The notes: generated by a model from the letters alone, not told the origin. A stretch of DNA of 64,000 bases from an uncultured Nitrososphaerales archaeon (GCA_963709405.1 CAVPXM010000021.1:192001-256000); one strand, 5' to 3'; positions 10,268-21,340 are shown, counted from the stretch's first letter. Translations and numbers: made by a program.

Positions 10268-11838
10268 ATGTCCTTGGTAATGTCAAATACTAATTTTGGT
10301 GTGTGGAGACCTATGGCAGAGAGTATTGAATTCAATGCCCTCGAATCAAACTCCAACGCAGTTATGGCCGTTGCCGATACAGTAAGGACGACTTTGGGAC
10401 CTAAAGGATTAGATAAGCTTTTGATTGATCAAGCTATGAATAAACACATATCAAATGATGGTGTAACTATTCTCCTTTCCATAAAAGCGATACATCCAGT
10501 AGCTCGGATGATCGTCGAAATAGCTGAAAGACAAGAACAGTTAGTCGGAGATGGAACAACGACAGCGGTTGTCATGGCCGCCGAAATGATTAAGGAGGGG
10601 AAGAAACTGGTCAAGGAACTTGGTGTCCATCCAACCAAGGTTGTTGAAGGAATAGATAGCGGAGTCAGACACGCATGTGAGTTGTTGGAAAGTGATGTGA
10701 AGAAAATATCAATTGATGATATCTCATTGGATCAAGTAGTAAAGACATCGTTGTCATCAAAATTGGACGGAGAACAGCTTTCGTCTCTTGTCATCTCTGC
10801 ACTTCGATCAGTTGGAAATAATGCAATGTATAACGGTTCATTTGACTTTGATAAATCAATCATGGTAATAAGGAAAACAAATATGGAAGACCGCATTGTC
10901 AGGGGAGTCGTCTTAGAGAGAAAAAGAGTCGACCCTGAGATGCCAGTTGAAATTAAAGATTCAAGAATCATGATTGCTAGACTAGATTTGAAACCTGTAA
11001 AGGAGTCTTGGCTAAAGGAAAACAGCAAATATCAAGAAATACTGAGCATGGAAACCGACAGAATGGCAAAATCGAAAAAACTAGTTGATGCAATGATTGC
11101 GACTGGTGCCAACACCTTTCTCCTTGCGTCTCCGGAGATAGATCAGGTAGTAGAAGATTTGCTTGTAACTAACAAGGTATTTGCGGTTCGAATCTCTACT
11201 GAAGAAATGGATTACTTATCTAGATATACTGGTGCGAAGATAGTTAGAATGGTAGAGGATCTCTCAAAGCCTGGCATTCTTGGAAAAGCGGATCGGGTTT
11301 TTGAGGAAGAACAAAATGCCGTTGTATGTATAGAAGGAGGCTCAGGTAAGAATATGGTTACAGTGGTTGTCTCCGGATCGACTAAAGAAACGTCGCTTGA
11401 ACGGTGGAGGGCGGCTATTGATGGAGTGAACGCTGCTGAGGCGGCGCTGAATAAGGGAGTGGTAGCAGGAGGAGGAGCCGCAGAATTGCATGTGATGGAT
11501 AAAGTAAAAAATATGAGACTAAAAGGTCTGGAGCAGGTTGGGCTTGAAGTTGTCGCGGCCGCCCTTGAAAGTATCATGAGACAAATACTCGCAAATGCAG
11601 GGTTCAATGGTTTAGAGAAGGTCATGGCGAGCGAAGGCTTCTCCTCCAGGTTTTGGTATCGACATTGATGCAGGTGAACCTGTCGATATGTGGAAGAAGG
11701 GAATTTTGGACCCGGTATTAGTAAAAACTATGGCATTAAGGGCCGTCGGGAGAGATAGCAAAATCCGTGTTGCGCATTGATAGAAACCTAGCCGCGGAGA
11801 ATTTAGACCCCCAAGCTGTTTCAGAGATTAAGAGGTGA
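10268..11838 (+). CDS. Group II chaperonin (thermosome/TCP-1 family) paralogue inside the urease operon; two apparent +1 frameshifts near the 3' end
   Basis: TTLGPKGLDKL, SNDGVTIL, GDGTTTAVV, VAGGGAAE. Removing one base near 11629 and one near 11746 restores FGIDIDAGEPVDMWKKGILDPVLVKTMALRAAGEIAKSVLRIDRNL and a TGA at 11836-11838. Confidence 0.85.
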
Positions 11839-12209
11839 GTAAGGGGGGTTTGTTGATACGTCACTGCGTAGAAGAGGCCAACATTGATGAGAACCTGCAT
11901 GTACTTGATCCGTCTCGTATAAGGCATGTTGTGGTTGTTGCAGGAAAGATAGAATCCATGTCAGGGATGATTGATCCGGCATCTCACCTTAATTTGGATT
12001 ATCCAGATCATAGGGTTACGTCTTGTATCGTGGCCGAAAAATTTGAAATTGGTGCAAAGGTAAAGATAGTAGAAGCCGGTCTGGTATTTGCTGTAGTTGA
12101 TGCATCAAAGTTCGAGCACTATGGTTATGTTGACTATACTCAAAGGTTATTTGACATGATTGATGCCGTAAAGAAGATTGGCCTACCAAAAGAAACCAAG
12201 ATAAGATAA
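11835..12209 (+). CDS. Hypothetical protein in the urease operon (GTGA overlap with the chaperonin stop)
   Basis: Intact 124-aa ORF, start overlaps the restored upstream stop, 39 bp before ureE. Confidence 0.7.
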   Translation: MSKGGLLIRHCVEEANIDENLHVLDPSRIRHVVVVAGKIESMSGMIDPASHLNLDYPDHRVTSCIVAEKFEIGAKVKIVEAGLVFAVVDASKFEHYGYVDYTQRLFDMIDAVKKIGLPKETKIR

Positions 12210-12248
12210 GACAAGAAAGGATAAGATATACAGAGGATAATAGACAAT

Positions 12249-12764
12249 ATGATTACAATTAATTCCGTACTTGGAAATTTCAACAAAGATTTGGGGCTTC
12301 AAGAAAAACATAAACAAATGTCAAAAATGAATTTGTGTGAAACTATCAGGATTCATAGATCAGAGTCGCAACGTGTCAGAATGAGAAAGACATCCGATAA
12401 AGGGACAGATATTGCCCTTACGTTACCACAAGGAACTCAACTGAGACATAATGATGTCGTAATGTTGACTCAGGATAAGATGATCGTTGTCGAAATAGAG
12501 CCTGAAAATGTTGCTTTGGTTATGATTAAAGAAAATATTGGTGGTATGGAATCCTTAGAAATACCAGTAAGAATAGGCCACACGATTGGAAACCTGCATA
12601 GACCCATAAGGATAGATGGACGAAAAATCTATTTTCCAGTACAGGCAGATACAGAGATAGAGATGTTTAGAAGACTTCTTGATCCGGTAATAGACCATAT
12701 TGAAATAAGTAAGATTCAGATGGTCTTTGAACCTGAAGAAGGAACGCATATACATGAACATTAA
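12249..12764 (+). CDS. ureE: Urease accessory protein UreE
   Basis: RMRKTSDKGTDIALTL, LRHNDV, IGHTIGNLHRP, short C-terminal HIHEH. Confidence 0.93.
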   Translation: MITINSVLGNFNKDLGLQEKHKQMSKMNLCETIRIHRSESQRVRMRKTSDKGTDIALTLPQGTQLRHNDVVMLTQDKMIVVEIEPENVALVMIKENIGGMESLEIPVRIGHTIGNLHRPIRIDGRKIYFPVQADTEIEMFRRLLDPVIDHIEISKIQMVFEPEEGTHIHEH

Positions 12765-13464
12765 TTCTATTCCAGAAACCGAGGAAATCAATGTTTTACA
12801 ACTTTCTGATTCTTTTTTCCCAACTGGGATGTATACAACATCCAGTGGTCTTGAAGCGTTGTTTTACAGTAAGAATAAAATAAAAAATCCGGACGAGTTG
12901 ATGGGTTTGATAAGGATATACCTGGAGCATCAGATGGGACCAGCTGATTGCACCGCCTTGGGAGTAGCGTATGAGTGTATTGAAAGAAATGACATTGACG
13001 GGTTGATCGATGTAGATCAAACTATCTATTCAATGAAACTTGTCGAAGAAGTGAGGAACGCATCTGTAAGATCTGGCACGCAGCTATTGAAATGTGTGAA
13101 CTATTTCCTGACTAATAATAATACTATGAATAATTATCAAGAGGCTATTAGGAAGCATGAGGCTACTGGTGTGTATCCTGTAGCACTAGCGGTGGCAAGT
13201 CACTCGTTAGGGATTTCAAAAAATAGCAGTGGCGTCATGATGCTCTATAGTTTTACTGTCAGCATTATAGGAGCAGCACTTAGACTAGGAATGCTCCAAC
13301 ATTTTGAAGGTCAGAAATTGATCCATCAATTGAAGCCTTCAATCTTAGCGGCCGTAGCAAATAACATAAATAGACCACTTTCCAGTATATGGCAATTCAC
13401 ACCCGGTATTGATATTTTGCAAATATCCCATGAACTAATGCCGTCAAAAATGTTTATTACTTGA
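12754..13464 (+). CDS. ureF: Urease accessory protein UreF
   Basis: LQLSDSFFPTGMYTTSSGLE, AALRLG, C-terminal HELMPSKMFIT; ATG at 12754 preferred over TTG at 12727. Confidence 0.95.
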   Translation: MNINSIPETEEINVLQLSDSFFPTGMYTTSSGLEALFYSKNKIKNPDELMGLIRIYLEHQMGPADCTALGVAYECIERNDIDGLIDVDQTIYSMKLVEEVRNASVRSGTQLLKCVNYFLTNNNTMNNYQEAIRKHEATGVYPVALAVASHSLGISKNSSGVMMLYSFTVSIIGAALRLGMLQHFEGQKLIHQLKPSILAAVANNINRPLSSIWQFTPGIDILQISHELMPSKMFIT

Positions 13465-13483
13465 ATGGGTAGTACGCTCCATA

Positions 13484-14146
13484 ATGAGCTCAAATAGAAT
13501 TCCCAGAGTTGGAATTGGCGGACCTGTTGGTTCAGGAAAAACTATGCTGATTGAACAAGTTGTTCCTTTGTTATCATCAAAAGGATATAAAATTGGCATC
13601 ATTTCAAATGATGTAGTATCACGCGAAGATGCTGATAGAATGAGAAGAAATCTGGCAACTGAAAAGGGATTGATGGCAGAAGATCTTGTTATAGGCCTTG
13701 CAACAGGAGGATGTCCTCATACTGCGGTGCGTGAAGACCCTTCAATGAACATATCGGTTGTCGAGGAGATGGAGTCAAAACACGACGATCTTGATCTGAT
13801 TTTAATAGAAAGTGGTGGGGATAATATTACAACAACTTTTAGCCCTGCCTTGGCCGATTATTTTATTTATATTATAGATGTGGCGGGAGGTGACAAGTAT
13901 CCTAGGAAGCGTGGTCTAGGGATAGAAACATGTGATCTTTTGGTGATAAATAAGATAGATATTGCTCCATCTGTGGGTGCCGACCTTAGTGTGATGGACA
14001 GGGATGCCAAGACTTTACGTGGAGACAAACCACACGTATTTGTTAATTCCAAGACAGGTCAAGGAGTCAAGGAAGTAACAGAAAATATCGTACGAAACGT
14101 CCTCTTCGGTCAACCTCCAAAAACCACGGCAAAAAATTGGGCTTGA
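13484..14146 (+). CDS. ureG: Urease accessory GTPase UreG
   Basis: GGPVGSGKT, TGGCPHTAVRED, ESGGDN, NKID. Confidence 0.97.
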   Translation: MSSNRIPRVGIGGPVGSGKTMLIEQVVPLLSSKGYKIGIISNDVVSREDADRMRRNLATEKGLMAEDLVIGLATGGCPHTAVREDPSMNISVVEEMESKHDDLDLILIESGGDNITTTFSPALADYFIYIIDVAGGDKYPRKRGLGIETCDLLVINKIDIAPSVGADLSVMDRDAKTLRGDKPHVFVNSKTGQGVKEVTENIVRNVLFGQPPKTTAKNWA

Positions 14147-14149
14147 TGA

Positions 14150-15079
14150 ATGAGCGAGATTCAATTCTACATACCTAAGGATATACCACCAGAGGTACTT
14201 GCATATGGACATGACTTGGATCAACTTGGGGTGGGCAAAGCCGGAAAGATCGGAGCATTGGTATTAAAGCTGGAAGGGGATACTGAGAGAGGAAAAACAA
14301 TAGTTACCGAGCAGTATTCAAAGGTGCCTCTCTTTACTCAGCGTGCACTATACCTTGAAGAATCACTTCCTTCAATGGCTTACATGTTTATTATTTCACC
14401 TTCAGGAGGGATCCTTCAAGGTGATAGGTATAGGATGGATATTACGCTTGCGAATGGCGCCTGTGCCCACCTAACTACCCAGGGTGCAACGAGGCTTTAC
14501 AGAATGGAAAAAAATTATGCTACTCAAATCGTGAATGTGTCAGTTGATGATGGTTGTTATTTTGAATTTATTCCCGATCAAATAATTCCTTATAGAGATT
14601 CAAGGTTCTATCAAACTCTTACCCTGCGTGTGCATGATAATGCGACAGTTGTGTACTCTGAGATGATTGTTCCTGGAAGGGTAGCAAGCGGTGAATCCTT
14701 TGAGTATGACATATGCTATCTTAAGGCTTTAGCCAGGAATCATATCAACACACTGAGATTCATCGATGTTGCTATATTGGAGCCAAAAAAGAGGAATTTG
14801 AACCATGTTGGAATATTGGGAAGATACACTACTGTAGGTAGCATCTATATACTCACACAAGAAAAATATGTCCGAAGTCTTAATGAAAAGATCAATTCAA
14901 AATTAGGTGAGATTGAAGGCATATCTGGGGGTTCATCCATTTTACCTCATAGCTCAGGAGTTGTTACTAGAATGCTCGGATTTCATGCTGAAGACATACG
15001 AAAAGCGATATTTGAAGTGCTCAAAATAGTTAGGAAACAGATTTTGAATGCTTCGTTTAGTGGAGTCAGAAAGGGATGA
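14150..15079 (+). CDS. ureD: Urease accessory protein UreD/UreH
   Basis: SPSGGILQGD, LTTQGATRLY, PDQIIPYRDSRF, PGRVASGESF. Confidence 0.93.
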   Translation: MSEIQFYIPKDIPPEVLAYGHDLDQLGVGKAGKIGALVLKLEGDTERGKTIVTEQYSKVPLFTQRALYLEESLPSMAYMFIISPSGGILQGDRYRMDITLANGACAHLTTQGATRLYRMEKNYATQIVNVSVDDGCYFEFIPDQIIPYRDSRFYQTLTLRVHDNATVVYSEMIVPGRVASGESFEYDICYLKALARNHINTLRFIDVAILEPKKRNLNHVGILGRYTTVGSIYILTQEKYVRSLNEKINSKLGEIEGISGGSSILPHSSGVVTRMLGFHAEDIRKAIFEVLKIVRKQILNASFSGVRKG

Positions 15080-15149
15080 ATGATTCTACGAACTAATACT
15101 GTTAATTCAAAAGTCAATAGTATGGCTAGAGAATTCTGATAAGTTGGGG

Positions 15150-15302
15150 TTATCGTCTATCCGTAATCCAAAATTCAGTAACTCGTAAATTGTGATGTGT
15201 CTCATTCGCATGAGAATCTGCTGCTGATAGTCTGTCAAAAACCTCATCGCAATTTTCACACCACGCTGTGAAGTTTTTACTATGTTTATCAAATGCATTC
15301 AT
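15150..15302 (-). CDS. Small C2H2-like zinc-finger protein
   Basis: MNAFDKHSKNFTAWCENCDEVFDRLSAADSHANETHHNL; ATG at 15302. Confidence 0.55.
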   Translation of the reverse strand: MNAFDKHSKNFTAWCENCDEVFDRLSAADSHANETHHNLRVTEFWITDRR

Positions 15303-15485
15303 AGCTTCTATTACATACTTGATTTCATATAAAACTTGAGCTACGGGAATTAAGAATATACCTATCATAGTAGATGAGTGATAAGATTCGATGTAAGCTG
15401 AAGTGCTGTATCTTTAGGAGTGGAGCATCCTGCAAAGAATTGCCATTATAGTACTTTATAAGATTTTTAACGGTAGTTGAACCTG

Positions 15486-15628
15486 CTACTTGAAAATTAC
15501 AATTTTGTGAGATTATTCTTGATCATTTCCGACCAAAAATATCTAGCCTGAATTTTTTTGCAAAAATCAAATCAAATAGAGCCTAATTCCTATCGCAAGG
15601 AGAGATAGAATAGCTGAATATACTTTAG
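15486..15628. repeat. 143-bp direct repeat, copy 1 (copy 2 at 21877-22019)
   Basis: CTACTTGAAAATTACAATTTTG...GAATATACTTTAG; three mismatches counted by eye. Confidence 0.95.
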
Positions 15629-16167
15629 TCTGAGTGGCATAAATTTTACGTGCTTGATAGCAATAGTCACACAAGTTCTATATGAATATTCAGTTATCAG
15701 ATTAGGAGATTCGGCCAAAATTCAGCAAAGGTAAGCCTTATTTGACAAATATCCATCAACTAGAAAGCTAAGTGAAGCCTATAGCTCATCTATCAGATCA
15801 GCTTGTGTCTTTATCAGCTAGGTTACAGGAAATCGAAAGGAGACGGGATGTTGGCGCGTGCTGAAGTTACATTATGAACAGAAAATAACAAACCTAAAAA
15901 TGCGCGCACTCTAGTTCAGCAGAAATATCGCTAGGGACTTGCACGCAGTATGGGCCCAAGTGGGTTAGATTCCCGTAGGTAAAGGGGCTAGTTACCATTA
16001 GCAGAGATATATCTGGTTTACAGGTTAAAAAGTGCTTCAGTTTGTTGAACCATGCTTCTCTAGATCGACTATCCCTAAGTCAAGAAATCTCCTCTATTAT
16101 TCTCACTATATCGTATGGTATTGTTGATATCTTCAGATTCAAGATCGATTTTTTTTACCGTACCTCT

Positions 16168-16800
16168 TCATCGACCTCTTGCGGGAGATGTGAGCCATTC
16201 ATATATATCCTGAAATACATATTCTTCCATTTGACCATATGAGGTTATCCATTGATTGGAAGGGACAAATGTATGTCCAAGATCTGGATAGACAATCATT
16301 AGATGGTCAGGATGATTTACTTCTGTTAATCTTTGTTGTAACAGCGACGCTTGTTCAAGTGGGTTTGGCTATCATTTTTTCCTACGAGTATGAGGATACC
16401 GATATTTGAAGACACGTTCCCTATCATGCTATTGACACTACCCAGGGCAGAAAACGATTTTCCATAACTAGGGCAACCAAAGATGTTTATGCATTTGGCT
16501 GACAGCAGTGAGGCATTTGGAGATGTATCATTTTCATATACTCTTACAAGTGCAGGCTTGAGCTCATTTTCAATACTAATTAAATCATCATTCGTAGTTG
16601 TTTTGTTCAGGTAATGTACCGTTGCGATTATCAGTAACGTTAGTCTGGTTGAGAAGAAGCTGAGTCAGGTTCCCACCAACCAAAGTCTGAAAGATAGGAT
16701 CTTTTGATGCTTCCTTCACTGATATCTGTCCAGGATGACCTTTATCTAATATGTTTTCAGCATAAAGAAGAGGATTTGCAACTTCCTGGAAATATATAAT
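16168..16800 (-). pseudogene. Alpha/beta-hydrolase C-terminal remnant
   Basis: Manual translation across frameshifts: ILILVGKNDSQT...LLQQRLTEVNHPDHLMIVYPDLGHTF (Asp and His of the triad); 5' boundary approximate. Confidence 0.6.
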
Positions 16801-16959
16801 ATCAACCTAAGGAAGAATTCAGGTGCATTATCATATGCATTACACAACAGATAATGAGAAAGTTAAAATAGACTTCTTGCAGAGGCTATATTTCGTATTG
16901 CTACAAAAGCATCAATCCATAAAGAAATCCAACTGAAAGACTATAACAAAATTAATTCA

Positions 16960-17573
16960 TCACTACCGGAGACGTGGCTGATGCGTGATTTATGGCAAAC
17001 AACAAACATGAATTACGGAGCAAGATGGGGTCTAGCGAAAAATCCTAAAAGGCTCAAAAGTAGTGGCGTTAAACGACTACTCGAACGAGCTATATGGGAG
17101 CAGGGAATTCGTCAACCATTGAAAGAAGGCACGAAGCGTCATGAATGAAAGGGCAGCACATGGCTTTCGCAAGTTCTACAAAACAAGGGTGGAGCAAGTT
17201 ATGAGGCCCATTAACGTGGAAATTACAATGGGACATGATATAGGCCTTTCAGCTTCCTATTACAAACCTACAGAACGGGAGGTTCTAGAGGACCATTTGA
17301 AAGCCGTGCCATTACTTACAATATATGGAGAACATCTTGCTCTGCAAAGGAAGGTCGAAGAACTCAGAGAAAAAAGTAGGGAAGAGAATTATATCATCAA
17401 AGGAAAGTTATCGGAAAAAGAACAAGAGATACGGCTGTCGACAGCGGGATTCGGTAAATACAGATTCCATCGCCGGTCTGTCAGACCAACTGGCTATGGT
17501 GATGCAAGACATCGAGGACATAAAGCGGACGCGAATTGCATTACAATCAGTGTCAGAACCTAGTGATGATTAG
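16960..17573 (+). pseudogene. Tyrosine recombinase/integrase C-terminal remnant
   Basis: WLMRDLWQTT...KRLLERAIWEQG, then HGFRKFYKT (HxxR) and MGHDIGLSASYY (catalytic His/Tyr); premature stop and frameshifts; N-terminus absent. Confidence 0.8.
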
Positions 17574-17956
17574 GCTATCTGTGGTAGAACATACTGGACA
17601 GGTCCAGCTTGTAGGGTCGCCTTCAGGCAGCATAAATTCGTTTTATGTCAAAATAAGACTGGGTTCAATGAATGTCCGCCAGAGATTCAGAAAAATAATG
17701 CAGACATCCCCAATCTGAACCCAGAAGTCAAACAAGAAGACATTCTCCCAACGAATGATGGTTTGCTACCGGCGATCAGTTATCATCAGAATGAAGATGA
17801 AACGCCTCAGTCAACCTGTAGGACTTTAATTTGTGATACTAAAGACTTGTTTTAAGTGTCCCGAGTTTCCTCCAAGATCACCAATCCTGCTCCTGCAAAG
17901 CTCTATATATCACCTACATAAAAGTCGATAGTAGATCCGATAACAGTAGGATAATA

Positions 17957-18481
17957 TTGTATATTATAATTATCGTCATTGTAATTGTTACCAGAATCAA
18001 ATGGACCAAACATGGAAGAAAGGTAACGAAGCGAATAATTGTGGCCGACTCTATTTTCTTTTCTGCGTTAGCTTCTATTTTTATTTTTGATTCATTTTAT
18101 AATATTGGTGTTCAAATTTTATATCTTATTCCTTATTTAATTCTGTTCTTAGCCTTCGAACATATTTCTTATATGCGTTCAAATCGGCTAATATGGTTCT
18201 GGAAGGATTCGAAGTCTGATTCTATTTATGTCAAGGGCGGAACACACATCCATTATGCATACATTATAGGAACAGCATCACGCCTTATAATATCAGTCTT
18301 GTTTATTGGCGGTTTGTTTGCACGTAGTCGAGAAGGGATAATACATATTGATAATTCTGCAACCATGGTGTTTGATTTGTTATTAATGATTTGTTTCGGC
18401 TTGTTAATAGGAATAAATAGAAGGGTACTTATTCGATACAATTTAATTAAAGAAGGAAAAGAAAAGATCTCGCAAAGGTAG
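17957..18481 (+). CDS. Membrane protein, possibly CcdC/DUF1453-like
   Basis: Several hydrophobic segments with a FWKD...IYVKGG loop. Confidence 0.55.
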   Translation: MYIIIIVIVIVTRIKWTKHGRKVTKRIIVADSIFFSALASIFIFDSFYNIGVQILYLIPYLILFLAFEHISYMRSNRLIWFWKDSKSDSIYVKGGTHIHYAYIIGTASRLIISVLFIGGLFARSREGIIHIDNSATMVFDLLLMICFGLLIGINRRVLIRYNLIKEGKEKISQR

Positions 18482-18676
18482 AAATACGATCGCTCACTCT
18501 TGTTTCAATCCTAAATACTGTACTGATACCAAGCGAGCTAAAAAAGCGCAACAACTAACAACCATGAAAAAAGCATATAAGAAAAGATACCGTAATATTG
18601 TTAACGAGTCCTATTCGTGTTGTCGCTGGCGATGCTGGTGGATTTAAATAGCACCTTTAAGTTAAGTTATCCTCGA

Positions 18677-19129
18677 TTGTCTTCTAGATCAGATGATGAT
18701 CCTGTAAAGCGTTCATCCACTGAGCGCTATTCTAGTGTTGCTTCCAATCTAGATTGGGTTATTGTGTTGATACCAGCTTCTTCAATTTTTTTTGGTTTTC
18801 TCTTACATATTTCAGTGAACCCTCCATCATACTTTCATTTTTCTGATAGCATCATCCTCTTGGTGGCACTATATGCTGTAACAGTAGCAACAGTTATGTT
18901 TATAATGCCAGTTATCCACCATTCAACTCATTATCACCAGTTAGATGTAGAGAGATTTCTTTTTACAACGAAGGGGTATGCTATGTTAGGTATTTTTTGC
19001 ATAATGGTTGCGATGTACTTAGGTCTAGGATTGGTGCTGAATTCTAAGCTACCAATACAAATTGCATATGGTTTGGCTTCTTTGCCATTCATCTTTGTTT
19101 TCCTTCGATTCTTCAAACAAACACACTAA
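18677..19129 (+). CDS. Four-TM membrane protein, DUF6328-like (single unit)
   Basis: IFFGFLL...MFIMPVIHH pattern; TTG at 18677 preferred because the preceding TATCCTCGA also precedes the paralogue start at 19378. Confidence 0.6.
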   Translation: MSSRSDDDPVKRSSTERYSSVASNLDWVIVLIPASSIFFGFLLHISVNPPSYFHFSDSIILLVALYAVTVATVMFIMPVIHHSTHYHQLDVERFLFTTKGYAMLGIFCIMVAMYLGLGLVLNSKLPIQIAYGLASLPFIFVFLRFFKQTH

Positions 19130-19377
19130 TCCACAACCAGGAAGTTATTGGAAAATGGATTTCTTAGAGGTACAAAACAGAACCTTTCCTTATCGTGAGA
19201 ATTTGGGCATAGCCACAACGCAGAATTATTTCAATCTGACACTGTAAAATGGTACTACACAAGTAGAGTGATTGCATTATTAGCTTGAAAAAAAGCAGTT
19301 GCTTTCGCTAGGAAAGCAAGAATCCACATAGATCATGGTTTATATTCTTATCAAATAATAGACACGGGTATCCTCGA

Positions 19378-20301
19378 ATGCCATCTCAAGCGGACGATGA
19401 TCCCATAAACCGGTCTTCTACTGAGCCCTATGATAGAGTTGGTGCATCTTTGCGTTGGAGTCAAATATTAGGAGCAGCTTCTTCAATTTTTTTTGGTTTT
19501 CTCTTAAATATCGCAGTGAACCCTCCATCATACTTTCATTTTTCTGATAGCATGATCCTCTTGGCAGCACTTTATGCAGTAACAGTGGCAACAGTTATGT
19601 TCGTAATGCCAGTTATCCATCATCTCATTCACTATCGTCAGTTTGATGTGGAGGAATTTCTTTTAAAAATCAAGAAATACACTTTGATAGGTATCTTTTG
19701 CATAATGGTTGCAATGTACTTGGCTCTAGGGTTGTCGGGAGGTTCCAAGCTACCATTGGGGATTGCATATGGTTTAGCTTCATTACCTTTCATCTTTATT
19801 TTCCTTCGATTCTATAGGTATGCTCCCACTAATCTCACTAAAAGTTCCTCTACTGAGCCCTATGATAGAGTTGGCGCGGGTATGCGTTGGTGTCAAATCC
19901 TCGCAGCAGTGTCTTCAATTTTTTTTGGATTTCTCTTAAATATCACAGTGAACCCTCCATCATACTTTCATTTTTCTGATAGCATGATCCTCTTGGCAGC
20001 ACTTTATGCAGTAACAGTAGCAACAGTTATGTTTATAATGCCAGTTATCCACCATTCAACTCACTACCGCCAATTTGATGTAGAGAGATTTCTTTTGATA
20101 ACAAAGGAGTATGTTATCATAGGAATCATTTGCATAATGGTTGCGATGTACTTAGGTCTAGGATTGGCCCTAAATTCCAAGTTACCCATTCAGATTGCGT
20201 ATGGTTTGGCTTCTTTGCCATTCATTTTCATTTTCTTTCGATTCTTCAAAAATACACGCCCTGCTGACAGTAGCTCCTCTAGAGAGACTGCTTTGACGTA
20301 G
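19378..20301 (+). CDS. Membrane protein with two tandem DUF6328-like units
   Basis: Internal duplication SSTEPYDRVGA...VNPPSYFHFSDSMILLAALYAVTVATVMF...AYGLASLPFIF (x2). Confidence 0.7.
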   Translation: MPSQADDDPINRSSTEPYDRVGASLRWSQILGAASSIFFGFLLNIAVNPPSYFHFSDSMILLAALYAVTVATVMFVMPVIHHLIHYRQFDVEEFLLKIKKYTLIGIFCIMVAMYLALGLSGGSKLPLGIAYGLASLPFIFIFLRFYRYAPTNLTKSSSTEPYDRVGAGMRWCQILAAVSSIFFGFLLNITVNPPSYFHFSDSMILLAALYAVTVATVMFIMPVIHHSTHYRQFDVERFLLITKEYVIIGIICIMVAMYLGLGLALNSKLPIQIAYGLASLPFIFIFFRFFKNTRPADSSSSRETALT

Positions 20302-21148
20302 GCAATTCTATTAAGGTAGTAGGCTATTCTATCCTCTCAGCGCTAATTTATTGTATTGTCATTCGAGTAACTGCATAATGTAATTGTTTCAGGCATTTGG
20401 TATCATAAGCTTCTTAATAAGAGTCAACACAATAAATAGGAAAACGATTTGCTTGCGTTTTTTAACTGACCCATGATGTATCAAAATTATAACTTAGCCC
20501 ACGATTCACGGAAACATGCAATCATCCACCCACCCTTAACTAACGGAAATTATAGATTTTCGTTTCGTTTAAGGGCTTGGCGAGATAGGTCTTGGTTAAT
20601 TCGTTTTACTGCGCCATGATTTCTATTTACAAGTGACGTCTTTTGCATTTGCATTTTCATACACTCTTTAATATCTCATATTTTATTTTATAGTAATGAA
20701 GTCTGCTCAAATTGACAGTACGGAGTCAGCGAGAAATTTCTGAGTATTTCACTGATAAATAGTGCAGAAAATTTCTCGTATTAAGCATGAATCTTAGGCT
20801 ATAAATTGTAAGCAGATTACCATCTGGTGACTAATACCCGTAGTCTGCCGCACTCATCTGGCATACCGTGTCTTAAGTTTTATGTATAGTTTTGAGCGAA
20901 CCAGGCATAAGACTCTACAATGGGTAGGACTCCCTGCCTAAATGGATATCTGGGCTTTATAGTAATCCTGCAACTAACACAATGGGATTGTCACAATTAA
21001 CAGGAGACGATATAAAAGCAATGATTCAACGCAGAATCGATATGAAGCAGAAGGAAATCAACATCTACATGGAAAATTGACAATTTAATGTGTCTGGAGT
21101 ATCAAATGTTCGTTCTGAGAAAACGAATATTACCAGTTACACTACTTG

Positions 21149-21340
21149 CTAGCGAGATTGAGATCTGTATCTCATTGCTACTCCATACCTTTTAAACCCA
21201 TTTTTTTCGTAAAATGCTACATTACTTTCCGAACAATCCAAAATAACCTTATAACAGCCAAGGTTGGCCGAAAATTCGAGCGCCCTTTCCACCAAAGCTG
21301 AACCAATCCCTATACCTTCGTAGCCCTTACGCGTTACGTG
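21149..21340 (-). pseudogene. GNAT acetyltransferase C-terminal remnant (GNA1-like)
   Basis: Manual translation VTRKGYEGIGIGSALVERALEFSANLGCYKVILDCSESNVAFYEKNGF. Confidence 0.7.

Noticed and set aside
5920-14224. Many antisense or overlapping ORFs in the track (e.g. 8393-8887, 11212-11625, 5959-6435)
   Set aside because: Shadows of well-supported genes with no recognisable motifs.
15950-15975. GGGCCCAAGTGGGTTAGATTCCC resembles a tRNA T-arm or att remnant
   Set aside because: No TTCRA loop consensus and no cloverleaf could be built.
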